Positions 1 to 11,034 of a stretch of DNA of 56,986 bases are shown in pieces (the first letter of the stretch is position 1; every line of letters begins with the position of its first letter). Below the pieces are notes generated by a model. That model did no database searches, was not told where the DNA came from, and saw only the letters and a list, made by a program, of their open reading frames with translations. Source of the DNA: a virus (Duplodnaviria > Caudoviricetes); IMG/VR virus record IMGVR_UViG_3300031857_020009, positions 1 through 56,986 of that record; one strand, written 5' to 3'. The translations under genes were made by a program, and so were the position numbers.

Positions 1-290
1 GTAACAGTAACTGCAGTACCAATACCTACAATTGTTGCACATGGAGAATCTTGACCATATTGTGCAAATATGTTATCAGTCCAAGATTCAAATGTTCCAT
101 CAGTGAAATCTGCATAACTAAATGTACTGATTTCTCCGTAGTAACCTACTGTTACATCTCCGTTAATTGGTACAATTATTGTTTTAATATTTCCTGTGCA
201 AGGATCTGTATAACTATAATTATAGGTTTGTGCATATGCTAAACTAACAAATACACTAATAAATATTGATATGAATAATTTAAGTCTCAA
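1..290 (-). CDS. Secreted protein, truncated at the window edge (not in ORF track)
   Basis: TTG at 290 overlaps the TGA of the upstream gene. Frame stays open to position 1: MRLKLFISIFISVFVSLAYA-QTYNISYTDPCTG..., a Sec signal peptide with AxA cleavage followed by Gln. Confidence 0.75.
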   Translation of the reverse strand, partial: MRLKLFISIFISVFVSLAYAQTYNYSYTDPCTGNIKTIIVPINGDVTVGYYGEISTFSYADFTDGTFESWTDNIFAQYGQDSPCATIVGIGTAVTV

Positions 291-1012
291 TGCGTAAATA
301 TACCTTTGGTAATCATTCTGCTAACAATTCGACTTGAAGCCGTCTCAAGTGCTTTTTTGGTGCTGATACCTATGGTAGATTGATTGAACTTAACTTCATC
401 TGTTACATCTCCTAAAATCGATGACATTTTTACTGTGCTTGCTTCTCCTAAACCCGAACCCATTATCACTTGTCCAGTCTCAGCATCAACAAACTTAACT
501 TGTAATCCTAAACGAGTTGTTTGAGTAGTGGTTTGTTTGCCGTCTACTTTAACTACCTCATCTTCTGATACTGAAAAATCATAAACTTCAATATATACAA
601 AGTACTTTGCTAAAATAACATTGCCTTTAACTTCTATTTTATTTGATGATATTCCTTTATCAGATGCTTTATCTTGAGCAATCATTCGTTGCTTGATTTC
701 TTCTTTTTCTTCAGTAAACACAAAGCGATTAGTATATTCTAAATATTCTAACACGATGTTTGCAACACCTAAACCTACACGCTTATCTTTAAGTTCGGGA
801 TACATTTCATAAAGTTCTTCATTAATTCCAATTTTCAATACTTGAATTGGAATTTGTACTGCACCATCATAATCAGCTACAGCTTCAATGCTTTGTTTCT
901 TTTCAAACTCAGCTTGGTATTGTTCTGTTTTAACAGATCCTATACCTTGTGCTGAGGCTGACTTACAAGAAGCCAGCCCTAACACAAATAAAAATGGAAG
1001 TAATCTTACCAT
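287..1012 (-). CDS. CsgG/HfaB-family lipoprotein
   Basis: Lipobox LASC at residue 16; CsgG-like segments LGVANIVLEYLEYTNRFVFTE and RLGLQVKFVDAETGQVIMG. Confidence 0.7.
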   Translation of the reverse strand: MVRLLPFLFVLGLASCKSASAQGIGSVKTEQYQAEFEKKQSIEAVADYDGAVQIPIQVLKIGINEELYEMYPELKDKRVGLGVANIVLEYLEYTNRFVFTEEKEEIKQRMIAQDKASDKGISSNKIEVKGNVILAKYFVYIEVYDFSVSEDEVVKVDGKQTTTQTTRLGLQVKFVDAETGQVIMGSGLGEASTVKMSSILGDVTDEVKFNQSTIGISTKKALETASSRIVSRMITKGIFTH

Positions 1013-1329
1013 GACTCTTCTTCTACTTTTTTAGGTTTCTCAGCAGGTTGAGTTGCTGCAGGTTTTTCGACTATTCTTTCACGGATAATTGTGCCGCCGC
1101 CATTATCAACCTTTTGTTTGTTTTCTTGATTTTGTTGTACATTCACAACCACAGGTGCTGCTGCAGGTGCTGCTTGCTCTGTTTTAGTTTCTTCTTTTGG
1201 CTCTTCTTCATGACCACCAAACAATGTAACTCCTAACCAAGTTCCACCACCAGCTACAACCGTGCCTAATGTTCCAACGATAGTCTTCTTAAGACCACCC
1301 CATGTTCCATCATTCATTTCTTCTGACAT
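1006..1329 (-). CDS. Small single-pass membrane protein
   Basis: Gly-rich hydrophobic N-terminal helix followed by a low-complexity E/P/A/Q tail; coupled to both neighbours. Confidence 0.7.
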   Translation of the reverse strand: MSEEMNDGTWGGLKKTIVGTLGTVVAGGGTWLGVTLFGGHEEEPKEETKTEQAAPAAAPVVVNVQQNQENKQKVDNGGGTIIRERIVEKPAATQPAEKPKKVEEESW

Positions 1330-1330
1330 A

Positions 1331-3244
1331 TTATTCCTTTACTAATTTTTCTACTATCGGAGCATTTGTTTCAGTAGACAAACTTAATACGTACATACCC
1401 GGTGCTAAACGTCCTAAGTTCTTAACATATGTGTATTGTCCTGCAGGAAGCTGACCCGATAGTATTGTTACAACTTTTCTTCCTTGCAAATCATAAACTG
1501 CTAATTGAGCATCTGCGGATGCATTTTCTACATTAAATGTAATAGTCACATCATCTAATACTGGATTTGGATAAATTTCAACAGTATTTAAATCAATAAC
1601 CCCGCCTACTGAACTTTTAACTACTTGCAATATACCGTTTGTCGGAGTAATCTCAAGGTCTTTAGACACAGTATTTCCAGCATATTTCTCAGTTGTCCAA
1701 ATTGGAGATTCTGTCCATGCAGATTGAGGTTGTAATGCTAAGAATTGTAAACGAACTACTTCCGTATTGTCTTGTAATGGATTAGTATTGGTAGCATCAT
1801 ATCCACCCCAATGAATTTCTCCATTATTAGCATTAACATATGTCAACCATTTCATTGCAGGTGATGATGAATAGATATTTTTAAATTCTAATACTGTTTC
1901 ATCATAATCAAAACCAAATTGCAATGAATTAAGTTGTACACCATTTGTGTAAACTGTTACTGGAATATCAACCAAGTTACCTGCTTGCACTGATAAGTAA
2001 GGAACATTTACTTCAATTGATGTGGTTGGAAAATCATATTCAACTGTATTGTCAATGACATTGTAAATCTGAGAAGGAACACCTGGTGTTGGATCAATTA
2101 AAATATCAATCGGCGTCATACGTGCCATATGATAACCTGTACCATTTGCATCACCTGGTACTGCAACATAGAATGTTACCGTCGACGGTTGTCCTGCAAT
2201 AATCTCATAATTGAAGTTAGTTACACCTGGGATAGTTGAGGTATGGTTTGTCGATGAACCATCAATTGTAGCAAATTCAGTTGCTGTAAAGAATTTAACA
2301 TCTTTAGTGTTATTTGGCCATTGAGTAAAGTTACCTGCTACGCGACTAAATACACCGTATGCATCTGTAATTGTTACGTTGTTAGATCCATTTATATCCG
2401 CAGCATAATAATCAAAGCCAGACATTGTACCATTACCTAATACCCATTGATTAATTAATTGTGCATCTGTTGCAGATATAATATTACCTACACCCATTGT
2501 GTCACCTTTAATAGCTAAACGTACATCCCAATAGCTTGTATCAATGTTAACTGTAAATGTAAAGTTACCTGAGTTATCAGTTGTATAAGCAGAATGTTGA
2601 GTCCAAGTTGAACCACCTGCAGGACGACGCTCTAATGCAAATGGTAAGTCTTTAGCACCCGTACCAGTTACGTTAGTAAATGTTCCTGCAAATGTAAATG
2701 TAGGTAAAATGAATTCACCGCCATAGTTATGCAAATTCAATGTAGTATCAATACCAGCACCGGTTGCAGCATATTGTTGAAAGGTTTGCGTACCTGTCCA
2801 TGTCAATGGCGTAATTGATGCAATGTTGTTGAATACTGCTGGCGCTGCGTGAGTAAAGGTAATTGCAAAGCGCTCGCCGTTAGCTAAAGTATATGTAGCT
2901 GATGCACCCGTATATACTAAAGTAATTGTAATAAAACCATTAGCAGTATTAGTTACATATTGTAAATCTAAGTTCGTAGTTGAACCAATTAATGCAACCG
3001 TTGCATTTGTAAATGCTACATTGTCATAAAATACCCGGAACTGTGTTGCAGTGTATTTTGTTAATGTAGTGTTCTGCAATGTAATGTTTGCAGTTGTTGT
3101 TCCTTGCGATGTTGGTGCCACTTGGTATTCTGCATGGATCAAACCATAAATACCATTACCTGGTGCTGAAGGTGCTTGGGCTAATGTAACTGATGTTGTT
3201 AGTAAAACTGCAAGGAGCGTTAATAAACTTGTTAGTTTTTTCAT
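1331..3244 (-). CDS. Secreted cohesin/dockerin-like protein with T9SS type A C-terminal sorting domain
   Basis: Signal peptide; dockerin-like repeats (ISATDAQLINQWVLG, AADINGSNNVTITDA); cohesin-like VDIPVTV...LNSLQFGFDYDETVLEF; CTD IYPNPV...VYDLQGRKV...LAPGMYVLSL...EKLVKE. Confidence 0.85.
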   Translation of the reverse strand: MKKLTSLLTLLAVLLTTSVTLAQAPSAPGNGIYGLIHAEYQVAPTSQGTTTANITLQNTTLTKYTATQFRVFYDNVAFTNATVALIGSTTNLDLQYVTNTANGFITITLVYTGASATYTLANGERFAITFTHAAPAVFNNIASITPLTWTGTQTFQQYAATGAGIDTTLNLHNYGGEFILPTFTFAGTFTNVTGTGAKDLPFALERRPAGGSTWTQHSAYTTDNSGNFTFTVNIDTSYWDVRLAIKGDTMGVGNIISATDAQLINQWVLGNGTMSGFDYYAADINGSNNVTITDAYGVFSRVAGNFTQWPNNTKDVKFFTATEFATIDGSSTNHTSTIPGVTNFNYEIIAGQPSTVTFYVAVPGDANGTGYHMARMTPIDILIDPTPGVPSQIYNVIDNTVEYDFPTTSIEVNVPYLSVQAGNLVDIPVTVYTNGVQLNSLQFGFDYDETVLEFKNIYSSSPAMKWLTYVNANNGEIHWGGYDATNTNPLQDNTEVVRLQFLALQPQSAWTESPIWTTEKYAGNTVSKDLEITPTNGILQVVKSSVGGVIDLNTVEIYPNPVLDDVTITFNVENASADAQLAVYDLQGRKVVTILSGQLPAGQYTYVKNLGRLAPGMYVLSLSTETNAPIVEKLVKE

Positions 3245-3271
3245 TTATTCTCTCCTTTTTAATGTTCAATA

Positions 3272-3279
3272 ATAAATAT
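3272..3279 (-). promoter_or_regulatory. ATATTTAT motif, putative late promoter
   Basis: Same 8-mer found at gene boundaries at 7674, 12717, 15529, 19166, 21457, 34314 and 52537. Confidence 0.55.
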
Positions 3280-3296
3280 CAAACAGGAAAGATAAA

Positions 3297-3698
3297 CTAT
3301 TTACTTTCTAACATATCCATTATTCGTTTTTTAGCTTTTTCGCCCAATGGAATTGAATTGCCGCCTTCATCAATTTGAACAAATGTTATATGAGTCTTTA
3401 ATACTAAATCTTGTTTGCCAGTATAAACATTGTGTGCTCGGGCTTCCATGTACAATGTCATTGAAGTGTTGCCAACTCGTTTAGGATATCCATATATCTT
3501 TAATAACTGCGATTCCTTTGCAGGACGTTCAAAGTTACATTGGTCAATTGATACTGTAACCATTCGGGGTGTATCGCATAGTTGCATTGAATATCCTGCA
3601 GCTGATGCATCAATCCAACTCAATAATTTACCACCAAATAAGTTTCCATGAAAACCTAAATCGCTTTTTTTAATTGGATGTGTATTTAATAATTCCAT
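3297..3698 (-). CDS. Acyl-CoA thioesterase (hotdog fold, YciA-like)
   Basis: DLGFHGNLFGGKLLSWID...MVTVSID...F.RP...VGNTSM motif. Confidence 0.85.
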   Translation of the reverse strand: MELLNTHPIKKSDLGFHGNLFGGKLLSWIDASAAGYSMQLCDTPRMVTVSIDQCNFERPAKESQLLKIYGYPKRVGNTSMTLYMEARAHNVYTGKQDLVLKTHITFVQIDEGGNSIPLGEKAKKRIMDMLESK

Positions 3699-3701
3699 AA
3701 T

Positions 3702-4310
3702 CTAATCGAAGAAAAATATTTGAAAAAATCTACTAGATGGTATATCCCAACCAAAATAGTCATGTCCTGAATGTAATAGTTTGCCATCAAAAATAACTAA
3801 TCGATTGAACACATTGCCAACTGTATCTACTCGTTCATATGGTGTTGCATCTAGAAAAGTATGTTGATTAAAAACTAAATTTCCTTCTCCAGCTTCCCAA
3901 TTAATTTCATCACTATGTCGTTTTTTTGATTGTTTATGTCGAAAGAAACTAGTCCCAGATTGCGGAGGTGCATCGGGTGTTAAATAAATAACTCCTGCCC
4001 ATTTTTGTGCATCCATATGAAATACAGACGGTACGCCAGCTTTACATGATTGAAATCTACCATTGATTCCTACATCATACCAACCATATCCAGATTCTGT
4101 ATGATCTGATATTTTTCTTCCCATAATTTCTTCAAAACGTTCTTTTAAACCTTCGAATAGAAATTGTTTTCCTGTACGTAATCCGACAGCGCCTTGATCT
4201 TCATAATACAGCTGCTGCAATGCATAATCTCTAACAGCATATGGATCTTCATAAAAGTCATCTACAACGTAGAATCTAGGATTTTGATTTTTGTTTAAAT
4301 TGAAATTCAT
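3702..4310 (-). CDS. DUF6445-like putative 2OG-Fe(II) oxygenase
   Basis: VVDDFYEDP, HxD (FHMD), WAGVIYLTP, NRLVIFDGKLLHS, RFFQIFF. Start moved to ATG 4310, just after the thyA stop. Confidence 0.7.
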   Translation of the reverse strand: MNFNLNKNQNPRFYVVDDFYEDPYAVRDYALQQLYYEDQGAVGLRTGKQFLFEGLKERFEEIMGRKISDHTESGYGWYDVGINGRFQSCKAGVPSVFHMDAQKWAGVIYLTPDAPPQSGTSFFRHKQSKKRHSDEINWEAGEGNLVFNQHTFLDATPYERVDTVGNVFNRLVIFDGKLLHSGHDYFGWDIPSSRFFQIFFFD

Positions 4311-4314
4311 AATT

Positions 4315-5373
4315 TTAATTTGATAAAGGAAATTTAATTGTGGAATGAGATTGATAATTTTCAACGTAAAAGTCGGCAGGTTGAATATGTTCAATTTGAT
4401 CAAACAAACTTACATCCGGGTTCCAGAACTCATCATTCATAACCAATTGACCTAAAGCCATTGGGGAGCGTGTTAATTGTTCTAGAACGCCATTTTGTTG
4501 ATCTAAATAAATGTGACAATCACCTAAGTTGCCAATTAACTGATCTGCAATCATATTTGTTTCGCGTGCCAATATTTCTAACAATAAAGCATAAGAAGCA
4601 ATATTAAATGGTAATCCAAGTGGCGTATCTACTGAACGTTGATTCCACATTAAAGAGATTGCACGTTTAGGCGTCGAGTCCTTAGCAATTTCCTCAACTA
4701 TATAAAGATTCTCCCATTCGACATCAGTATTTTTCATAACCCATTTGACTTGTTCTTCCCACGTCAATTCTCTTGTATAAACTTGGAATCCATAATGACA
4801 AGGTGGTAGAACCATTTGGTTTATCTCACCTACGTTCCAAGCATTGACCATCAATCGTCTTGAGTCTGGATTTGTTTTAAGATCTTGTATTAGTTTTTGT
4901 ATTTGATCAATGCCTGGTTTTCGTTTGGTACGTGTACCTAATATGCGATTGGTTTCATATCGACTTCCCCACTCGCGCCATTGATATCCATATATAGGTC
5001 CTAACTCACCCCATACCATTGCCCAATTTTTATCAGTTTTGATAAGATTGATAAACTCTTCTTTTGTATAAGATGCTTCATGTTGAGTTTCTTCTAAATA
5101 ATTCTTATAAGCATCACCATCCCAGATATGGCAATTGTTATCAACAAGAAACTTGATGTTTGTATCACCACGTAAAAACCATAACAACTCAGTTACTATT
5201 GTTTTAAATGGCATCTTCTTTGTAGTCAATAAAGGAAAGCCTAAACTCATATCATGCCGAATCTGTCTTCCAAATACTGAACGCGTTCCTGTACCGGTAC
5301 GGTCTTGTTTAGTTACTCCATTAGTTAAAATGTCGTGTAGTAGTTTTAAGTAGTCGTGTTCTATGTTGTTCAT
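4315..5373 (-). CDS. thyA: Thymidylate synthase
   Basis: DRTGTGT, FPLLTTKK, ELLWFLRG, LPPCH, QRSVD, LGLPFNIASY, GDCHIY. Start at ATG 5373 (MNNIEHDY). Confidence 0.97.
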   Translation of the reverse strand: MNNIEHDYLKLLHDILTNGVTKQDRTGTGTRSVFGRQIRHDMSLGFPLLTTKKMPFKTIVTELLWFLRGDTNIKFLVDNNCHIWDGDAYKNYLEETQHEASYTKEEFINLIKTDKNWAMVWGELGPIYGYQWREWGSRYETNRILGTRTKRKPGIDQIQKLIQDLKTNPDSRRLMVNAWNVGEINQMVLPPCHYGFQVYTRELTWEEQVKWVMKNTDVEWENLYIVEEIAKDSTPKRAISLMWNQRSVDTPLGLPFNIASYALLLEILARETNMIADQLIGNLGDCHIYLDQQNGVLEQLTRSPMALGQLVMNDEFWNPDVSLFDQIEHIQPADFYVENYQSHSTIKFPLSN

Positions 5374-5543
5374 TTTGACCATTCTACAGTGAAACCAAGA
5401 TCCCAAAAGAATATGCTAGCGCTTAAGCAAACTAATCTTACATTGCGGGATATTTTGTTGTGTGTTACAAACATTGTAGGCCACAGAGCCATTTGTGTAA
5501 ATCCACCCCCTAGGGTAGCGTGTAAGTAAAATCTAATTTTCAT
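5370..5543 (-). CDS. Small hypothetical protein, 57 aa (not in ORF track)
   Basis: MKIRFYLHATLGGGFTQMALWPTMF...FFWDLGFTVEWSK; fills the gap and its TGA overlaps the thyA ATG (ATGA). Confidence 0.65.
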   Translation of the reverse strand: MKIRFYLHATLGGGFTQMALWPTMFVTHNKISRNVRLVCLSASIFFWDLGFTVEWSK

Positions 5544-5581
5544 TATTATACTTTATTACGTGATATCCGAGCCAACATAAT

Positions 5582-5824
5582 TCAATTATCCACACACTCA
5601 GTATCACTAGGGTTGTCCATTTCAACATATTCAGCATCTTTTATTGTTTCGCAAAATAAAAAGTGAGTATTAGATCTTAACACATGATCGGCTTCTCGCC
5701 ATTGCATATACAATTGTACATATTCCATATTAGGCTCTTCATCTAATTTTTTTGCAAAATGAGATATTGGTTTTTGATCTAATACAATGTACGCTCCATC
5801 TCCGTGTTTGTATACTTGTTTCAT
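5582..5824 (-). CDS. Hypothetical protein
   Basis: 80 aa ORF with ATGA overlap to the upstream gene. Confidence 0.65.
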   Translation of the reverse strand: MKQVYKHGDGAYIVLDQKPISHFAKKLDEEPNMEYVQLYMQWREADHVLRSNTHFLFCETIKDAEYVEMDNPSDTECVDN

Positions 5825-6030
5825 CTAATATACTTTTCTAATCCTAAAACAATTACATCTGATATTTGCAATTTAGGATTTTCTTTCATTATTCGTAATG
5901 CTTCTGTAACTACTTCTGAAGAAATACCAAAATCATCTGCTTCATGTAACACATACGTTACAACGTCCATGGACCGATTGATATCTTCAACCGGCCCAAT
6001 TTCGAAATATTTTTTCGCGAACGTCTTCAT
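5821..6030 (-). CDS. Hypothetical protein
   Basis: 69 aa ORF immediately after groEL. Confidence 0.65.
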   Translation of the reverse strand: MKTFAKKYFEIGPVEDINRSMDVVTYVLHEADDFGISSEVVTEALRIMKENPKLQISDVIVLGLEKYIR

Positions 6031-6032
6031 GA

Positions 6033-7682
<1,650 letters not shown>

Positions 7683-7690
7683 CTAATGAA

Positions 7691-9766
7691 TTATTTTGCG
7701 ATTTCCAAAAACTTTCGATTCAATGTTTTAGAAACATCTGTCATACTTTCTGGATTAATAAATTGAGCATCCGGACCATACATCTTGCGGAAATTATCAA
7801 CGGTTGACTCATATAAATAAGCATCTTTGATAAAGTAACTAACTACATTGATGCCATTCTCACGGAATCCATTTACCACTCGGCGAGTAAATTCAACGCC
7901 ATTGTAACTATAACTAGTTCCTCTAACACTTGTAGGCTCACCATCTGAGTAATTAACAAAGATACATTCATCACCCTTTGCATCAGCTTTGATATACTTC
8001 TCGATACTTTTGAAAGCAATGCCTTCCGGCGTGCAACCAAAACAATCTAGGTAACGGAACATTGTACGAATCTTATTCATTTTATCCTTTGCGGAATCAT
8101 ATGCATAAATAGTAACTGCTCGTTCGCCATTGTTATCAAATGTATGTGTACCTCGCAACGAAATTTGTACTCGGATGCCGGTTGTCATTGATGCTGCTTG
8201 TGCAACTGCAACCGCTGAGGTAATTGAATTACGAAACTTTTCGCCATCCATCGATCCAGATGCATCAATTGAAATATGAATAAAGTAATTCTTGAATCGA
8301 TCTGTAACAATTCTATGAAAAACATTTACATTATCATATCCTAATTGAGAAATCAATCTACGATCAATCTTACCTGATTGCAACCTTGTGCTTTTCAAAG
8401 TTCGATCTGCATTACGTAATTGCAATTTTCTACCTAACTGTTTACCTAAAACAATACCTCGAATAACGGCTTGGTCAACCCTTTTGATTGATTTAGCTCT
8501 CCATGAATCTTTTGCTACATCTGCTTCGAAGTCAACTCTACCACTAACATATTGCTCTGATTGAGAATCAAATAAGCCAGGCATTGCTGCAATGATACCG
8601 GGTGTGAATTTTTTAATAACAATTGTATCAACAATATCAGATTCGCCGCCGCCTGTTGCTACTTGTACCGTTTCTGTACCTGCTTCTCGGATTGCATTAA
8701 CGGTAGATGCTTGAGACTTTGATAACTTACCGGTCTTCTTTGTATCACCTTTTATGAAGCTTCGTTGCTTTTCAATTGCTTTATCTAATGACTTTCGATC
8801 TTTAGGAGATAATTGAGACTGAATTGATGTCATTGGGATATTGCTATCACCATCTTCATCAGATTCTGCATCACCTAAGTCTTCACCTAAGTCTTCACCT
8901 AAGTCTTCACCTAAGTTTTCACTTTGTCCTGCGGCTTGACCTGTTGCTGATATTTGTGTTTGTGGTTGTTCGTCTGCTTCTTCCAATGCTTTGCGAACAA
9001 CTGCATATACATCGATGGCAACATCTAATGCATCCTGTGTCGATTTGAGACGTGCAATATTTTTTAAATCAATCACATTCCAAATTGTTCGAAGATGTTT
9101 CAATGCATCTAAGTTTCTATTTGGATTAGTGAAGTTAATGATGTGGAATAAATAATCATCCAATGTCTCTTGTTTCTTTTCATCGAGCTTAAGAGCTTTG
9201 TCAATTACTTTGTCATTAAAGTATTTGTTATACATTGCTTCATAATACATACGATAACCTGGAGCGGTCTTATAAATATGAAAGTCAATGCGTCGATCTT
9301 CAACCCAATTCAAAAGATCTTTTATGATGCCATAATCTTCATCCGTTAATTTCATATCCGGGTCGGCACCTCGCATCATTACTCGTTCAGCCATTTTAGT
9401 ATCACTTATTCTACTAGTATAACCACCATTTGGATGTCTAAACATGTTAAAGTCTGTCAATGCAATATGCGAACCTTCATGAAGAGCTAATCCAACTGCA
9501 GGATCAAAATTATCACCATCTAATTTAGTTCCAATAACTACACGCTCGCCGTCGGTATAACTATTATCCGAACTTTGGAATACTACTGGAATTTGTTTAC
9601 CAGTAACAATATTAACAAAGTTACCAATTGCTCTTTGTGTTGCGGCTAATTTAGTATAATCAATACCAGACTCGCGTTTGAAGTCTGTATCAAAGTCATC
9701 CATCCAAAAGCTAGATGCTTGATCGTATTTATACTTGCCGTTAATAATTTTATTGATGATACTCAT
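7691..9766 (-). CDS. VWA-domain protein with N-terminal HExxH region (CobT-like partner of MoxR AAA+)
   Basis: LALHEGSHI...NWVEDRRID; SGKIDRR; MIDAS motif IDASGSM...GCTPEG...YSDGEP. Confidence 0.85.
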   Translation of the reverse strand: MSIINKIINGKYKYDQASSFWMDDFDTDFKRESGIDYTKLAATQRAIGNFVNIVTGKQIPVVFQSSDNSYTDGERVVIGTKLDGDNFDPAVGLALHEGSHIALTDFNMFRHPNGGYTSRISDTKMAERVMMRGADPDMKLTDEDYGIIKDLLNWVEDRRIDFHIYKTAPGYRMYYEAMYNKYFNDKVIDKALKLDEKKQETLDDYLFHIINFTNPNRNLDALKHLRTIWNVIDLKNIARLKSTQDALDVAIDVYAVVRKALEEADEQPQTQISATGQAAGQSENLGEDLGEDLGEDLGDAESDEDGDSNIPMTSIQSQLSPKDRKSLDKAIEKQRSFIKGDTKKTGKLSKSQASTVNAIREAGTETVQVATGGGESDIVDTIVIKKFTPGIIAAMPGLFDSQSEQYVSGRVDFEADVAKDSWRAKSIKRVDQAVIRGIVLGKQLGRKLQLRNADRTLKSTRLQSGKIDRRLISQLGYDNVNVFHRIVTDRFKNYFIHISIDASGSMDGEKFRNSITSAVAVAQAASMTTGIRVQISLRGTHTFDNNGERAVTIYAYDSAKDKMNKIRTMFRYLDCFGCTPEGIAFKSIEKYIKADAKGDECIFVNYSDGEPTSVRGTSYSYNGVEFTRRVVNGFRENGINVVSYFIKDAYLYESTVDNFRKMYGPDAQFINPESMTDVSKTLNRKFLEIAK
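8871..8922. repeat. 12-bp tandem repeat, ~4.3 copies, encoding (E-D/N-L-G)n
   Basis: tcacctaagtct x3, then tcacctaagttt, then tcac. Confidence 0.9.
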
Positions 9767-9784
9767 AGCTCTTTATTTTTATAT

Positions 9785-9813
9785 ATTATAAGAAATAAAT
9801 TGGAATAATCCAA
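9785..9813 (-). promoter_or_regulatory. TTGGAT-N17-TATAAT promoter (VWA gene)
   Basis: Exact 17-nt spacer; one of 11 such sites. Confidence 0.75.
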
Positions 9814-9822
9814 CCAGATAGT

Positions 9823-9850
9823 AAAAAAAGGAGACAATTTCTTGCCTCCC
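9823..9850 (-). terminator. Intrinsic terminator
   Basis: GGAGGCAA-GAAA-TTGTCTCC followed by T7 on the minus strand. Confidence 0.85.
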
Positions 9851-9868
9851 CTTTTGAGCTATGAAAAA

Positions 9869-11017
9869 TTAGAATGGCGTGTTTTCTGTATCCATGGCAA
9901 CATCTCCCGTATTGAAAATGTCATTCATTTCAGTTGCCATATGTTTTTGAATAATTTGCTTAACAAATGTTCTTTCTGAATCCGAACCACCCGATGCATC
10001 AAAGAATGGAAGAACTGCTACCTCTGCGGCTTCGGTAAGAGAGAAGCCATCTGCTAACAATTCACAAATTCGAACCGTCATACGAGTGGATACCATTGTG
10101 GTAAGTTTACCTTCTTCCGATCTCCATTCTTTACGAGTTGCGTCAGCAATATCAGCTACTGCGTGAATCATTTTTGCAGACACTGAATCTCCGAAGCGAC
10201 GTGTCAATAAGTCTTCTTCTTGAGATAAAGAAAGAATATCTACTTCAATAATTTCAAAACGGTCCATCAATGCACGGTCTAATACGCGTGTCGATGTATA
10301 TTCGGTACCGATGTTTGCTGTAGCAATAAAAGATACGCCTGGAGCTACGGTTACTAATGGAGCATTAATATCTTCATCAAGTCGAAGGTAACGCTGACCT
10401 TCATCTAATACTGTCATCAAGATGTTCCAAGCTTCAGGGTGCGCACGAGACAACTCATCCATAAGGATAACTGCATTCTCGGTTTGAATTGCTTTCACAA
10501 AGGCAGACTCGTCAAAAGTGGTTTGGCCATCTTTGAAGTGAGTGTTGCCAATAAGCGTTGCTCTAGGATCTTGAGTTGCACCCAAGTTAAAATAAAAGAA
10601 AGGACGATTGGTTGCTACTGGCAAATCTTTTGCTGCTTGTGTCTTACCACATCCTGCAGGACCAACCATCATTATGTTCTTTCCGCGGACTGCACTACGA
10701 ACTAAATACTTCCATTTAACATCAGACATTTCTAATGATGCTGGTTTGATTTTGTGAGCATTGTTAATTAATTGCAACTCTGGTGTTAATTCTTTTTTGA
10801 TTTCCATTACGGGTTCCGGTGTTGGGATTTCGCCTTCTCGAGCTACTCGCTTAGCACGACCCGTGTCTTCATCTAATACTAATAATTCATCATTTGCAAA
10901 TGCATGACTAATCATGATGCCGCGGAACTTATCCGTGATGTCAACATTAGTACCTAATTCGATGATTCTTTGTTTGCCATTTACTAAGGTTGGCACACCA
11001 ATTGTCTTGTTTTTCAT
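9869..11017 (-). CDS. MoxR/CobS-like AAA+ ATPase
   Basis: Walker A GPAGCGKT, Walker B ILMDELSRA, ATANIG, LDRALMDRF. Confidence 0.9.
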   Translation of the reverse strand: MKNKTIGVPTLVNGKQRIIELGTNVDITDKFRGIMISHAFANDELLVLDEDTGRAKRVAREGEIPTPEPVMEIKKELTPELQLINNAHKIKPASLEMSDVKWKYLVRSAVRGKNIMMVGPAGCGKTQAAKDLPVATNRPFFYFNLGATQDPRATLIGNTHFKDGQTTFDESAFVKAIQTENAVILMDELSRAHPEAWNILMTVLDEGQRYLRLDEDINAPLVTVAPGVSFIATANIGTEYTSTRVLDRALMDRFEIIEVDILSLSQEEDLLTRRFGDSVSAKMIHAVADIADATRKEWRSEEGKLTTMVSTRMTVRICELLADGFSLTEAAEVAVLPFFDASGGSDSERTFVKQIIQKHMATEMNDIFNTGDVAMDTENTPF

Positions 11018-11034
11018 AACTCTTTATTTTCTAT

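Noticed and set aside
4315-5373. Extra length of ThyA as an intein, or as a sign of a dCMP/dUMP hydroxymethylase
   Set aside because: The insertions are short loops and the canonical ThyA motifs, including PFNIASY, are intact.
5544-5581. Promoter upstream of the 57-aa ORF and thyA
   Set aside because: TATAAT is present, but the TTGGCT hexamer is 19 nt away instead of 17, so it was not counted in the motif family.
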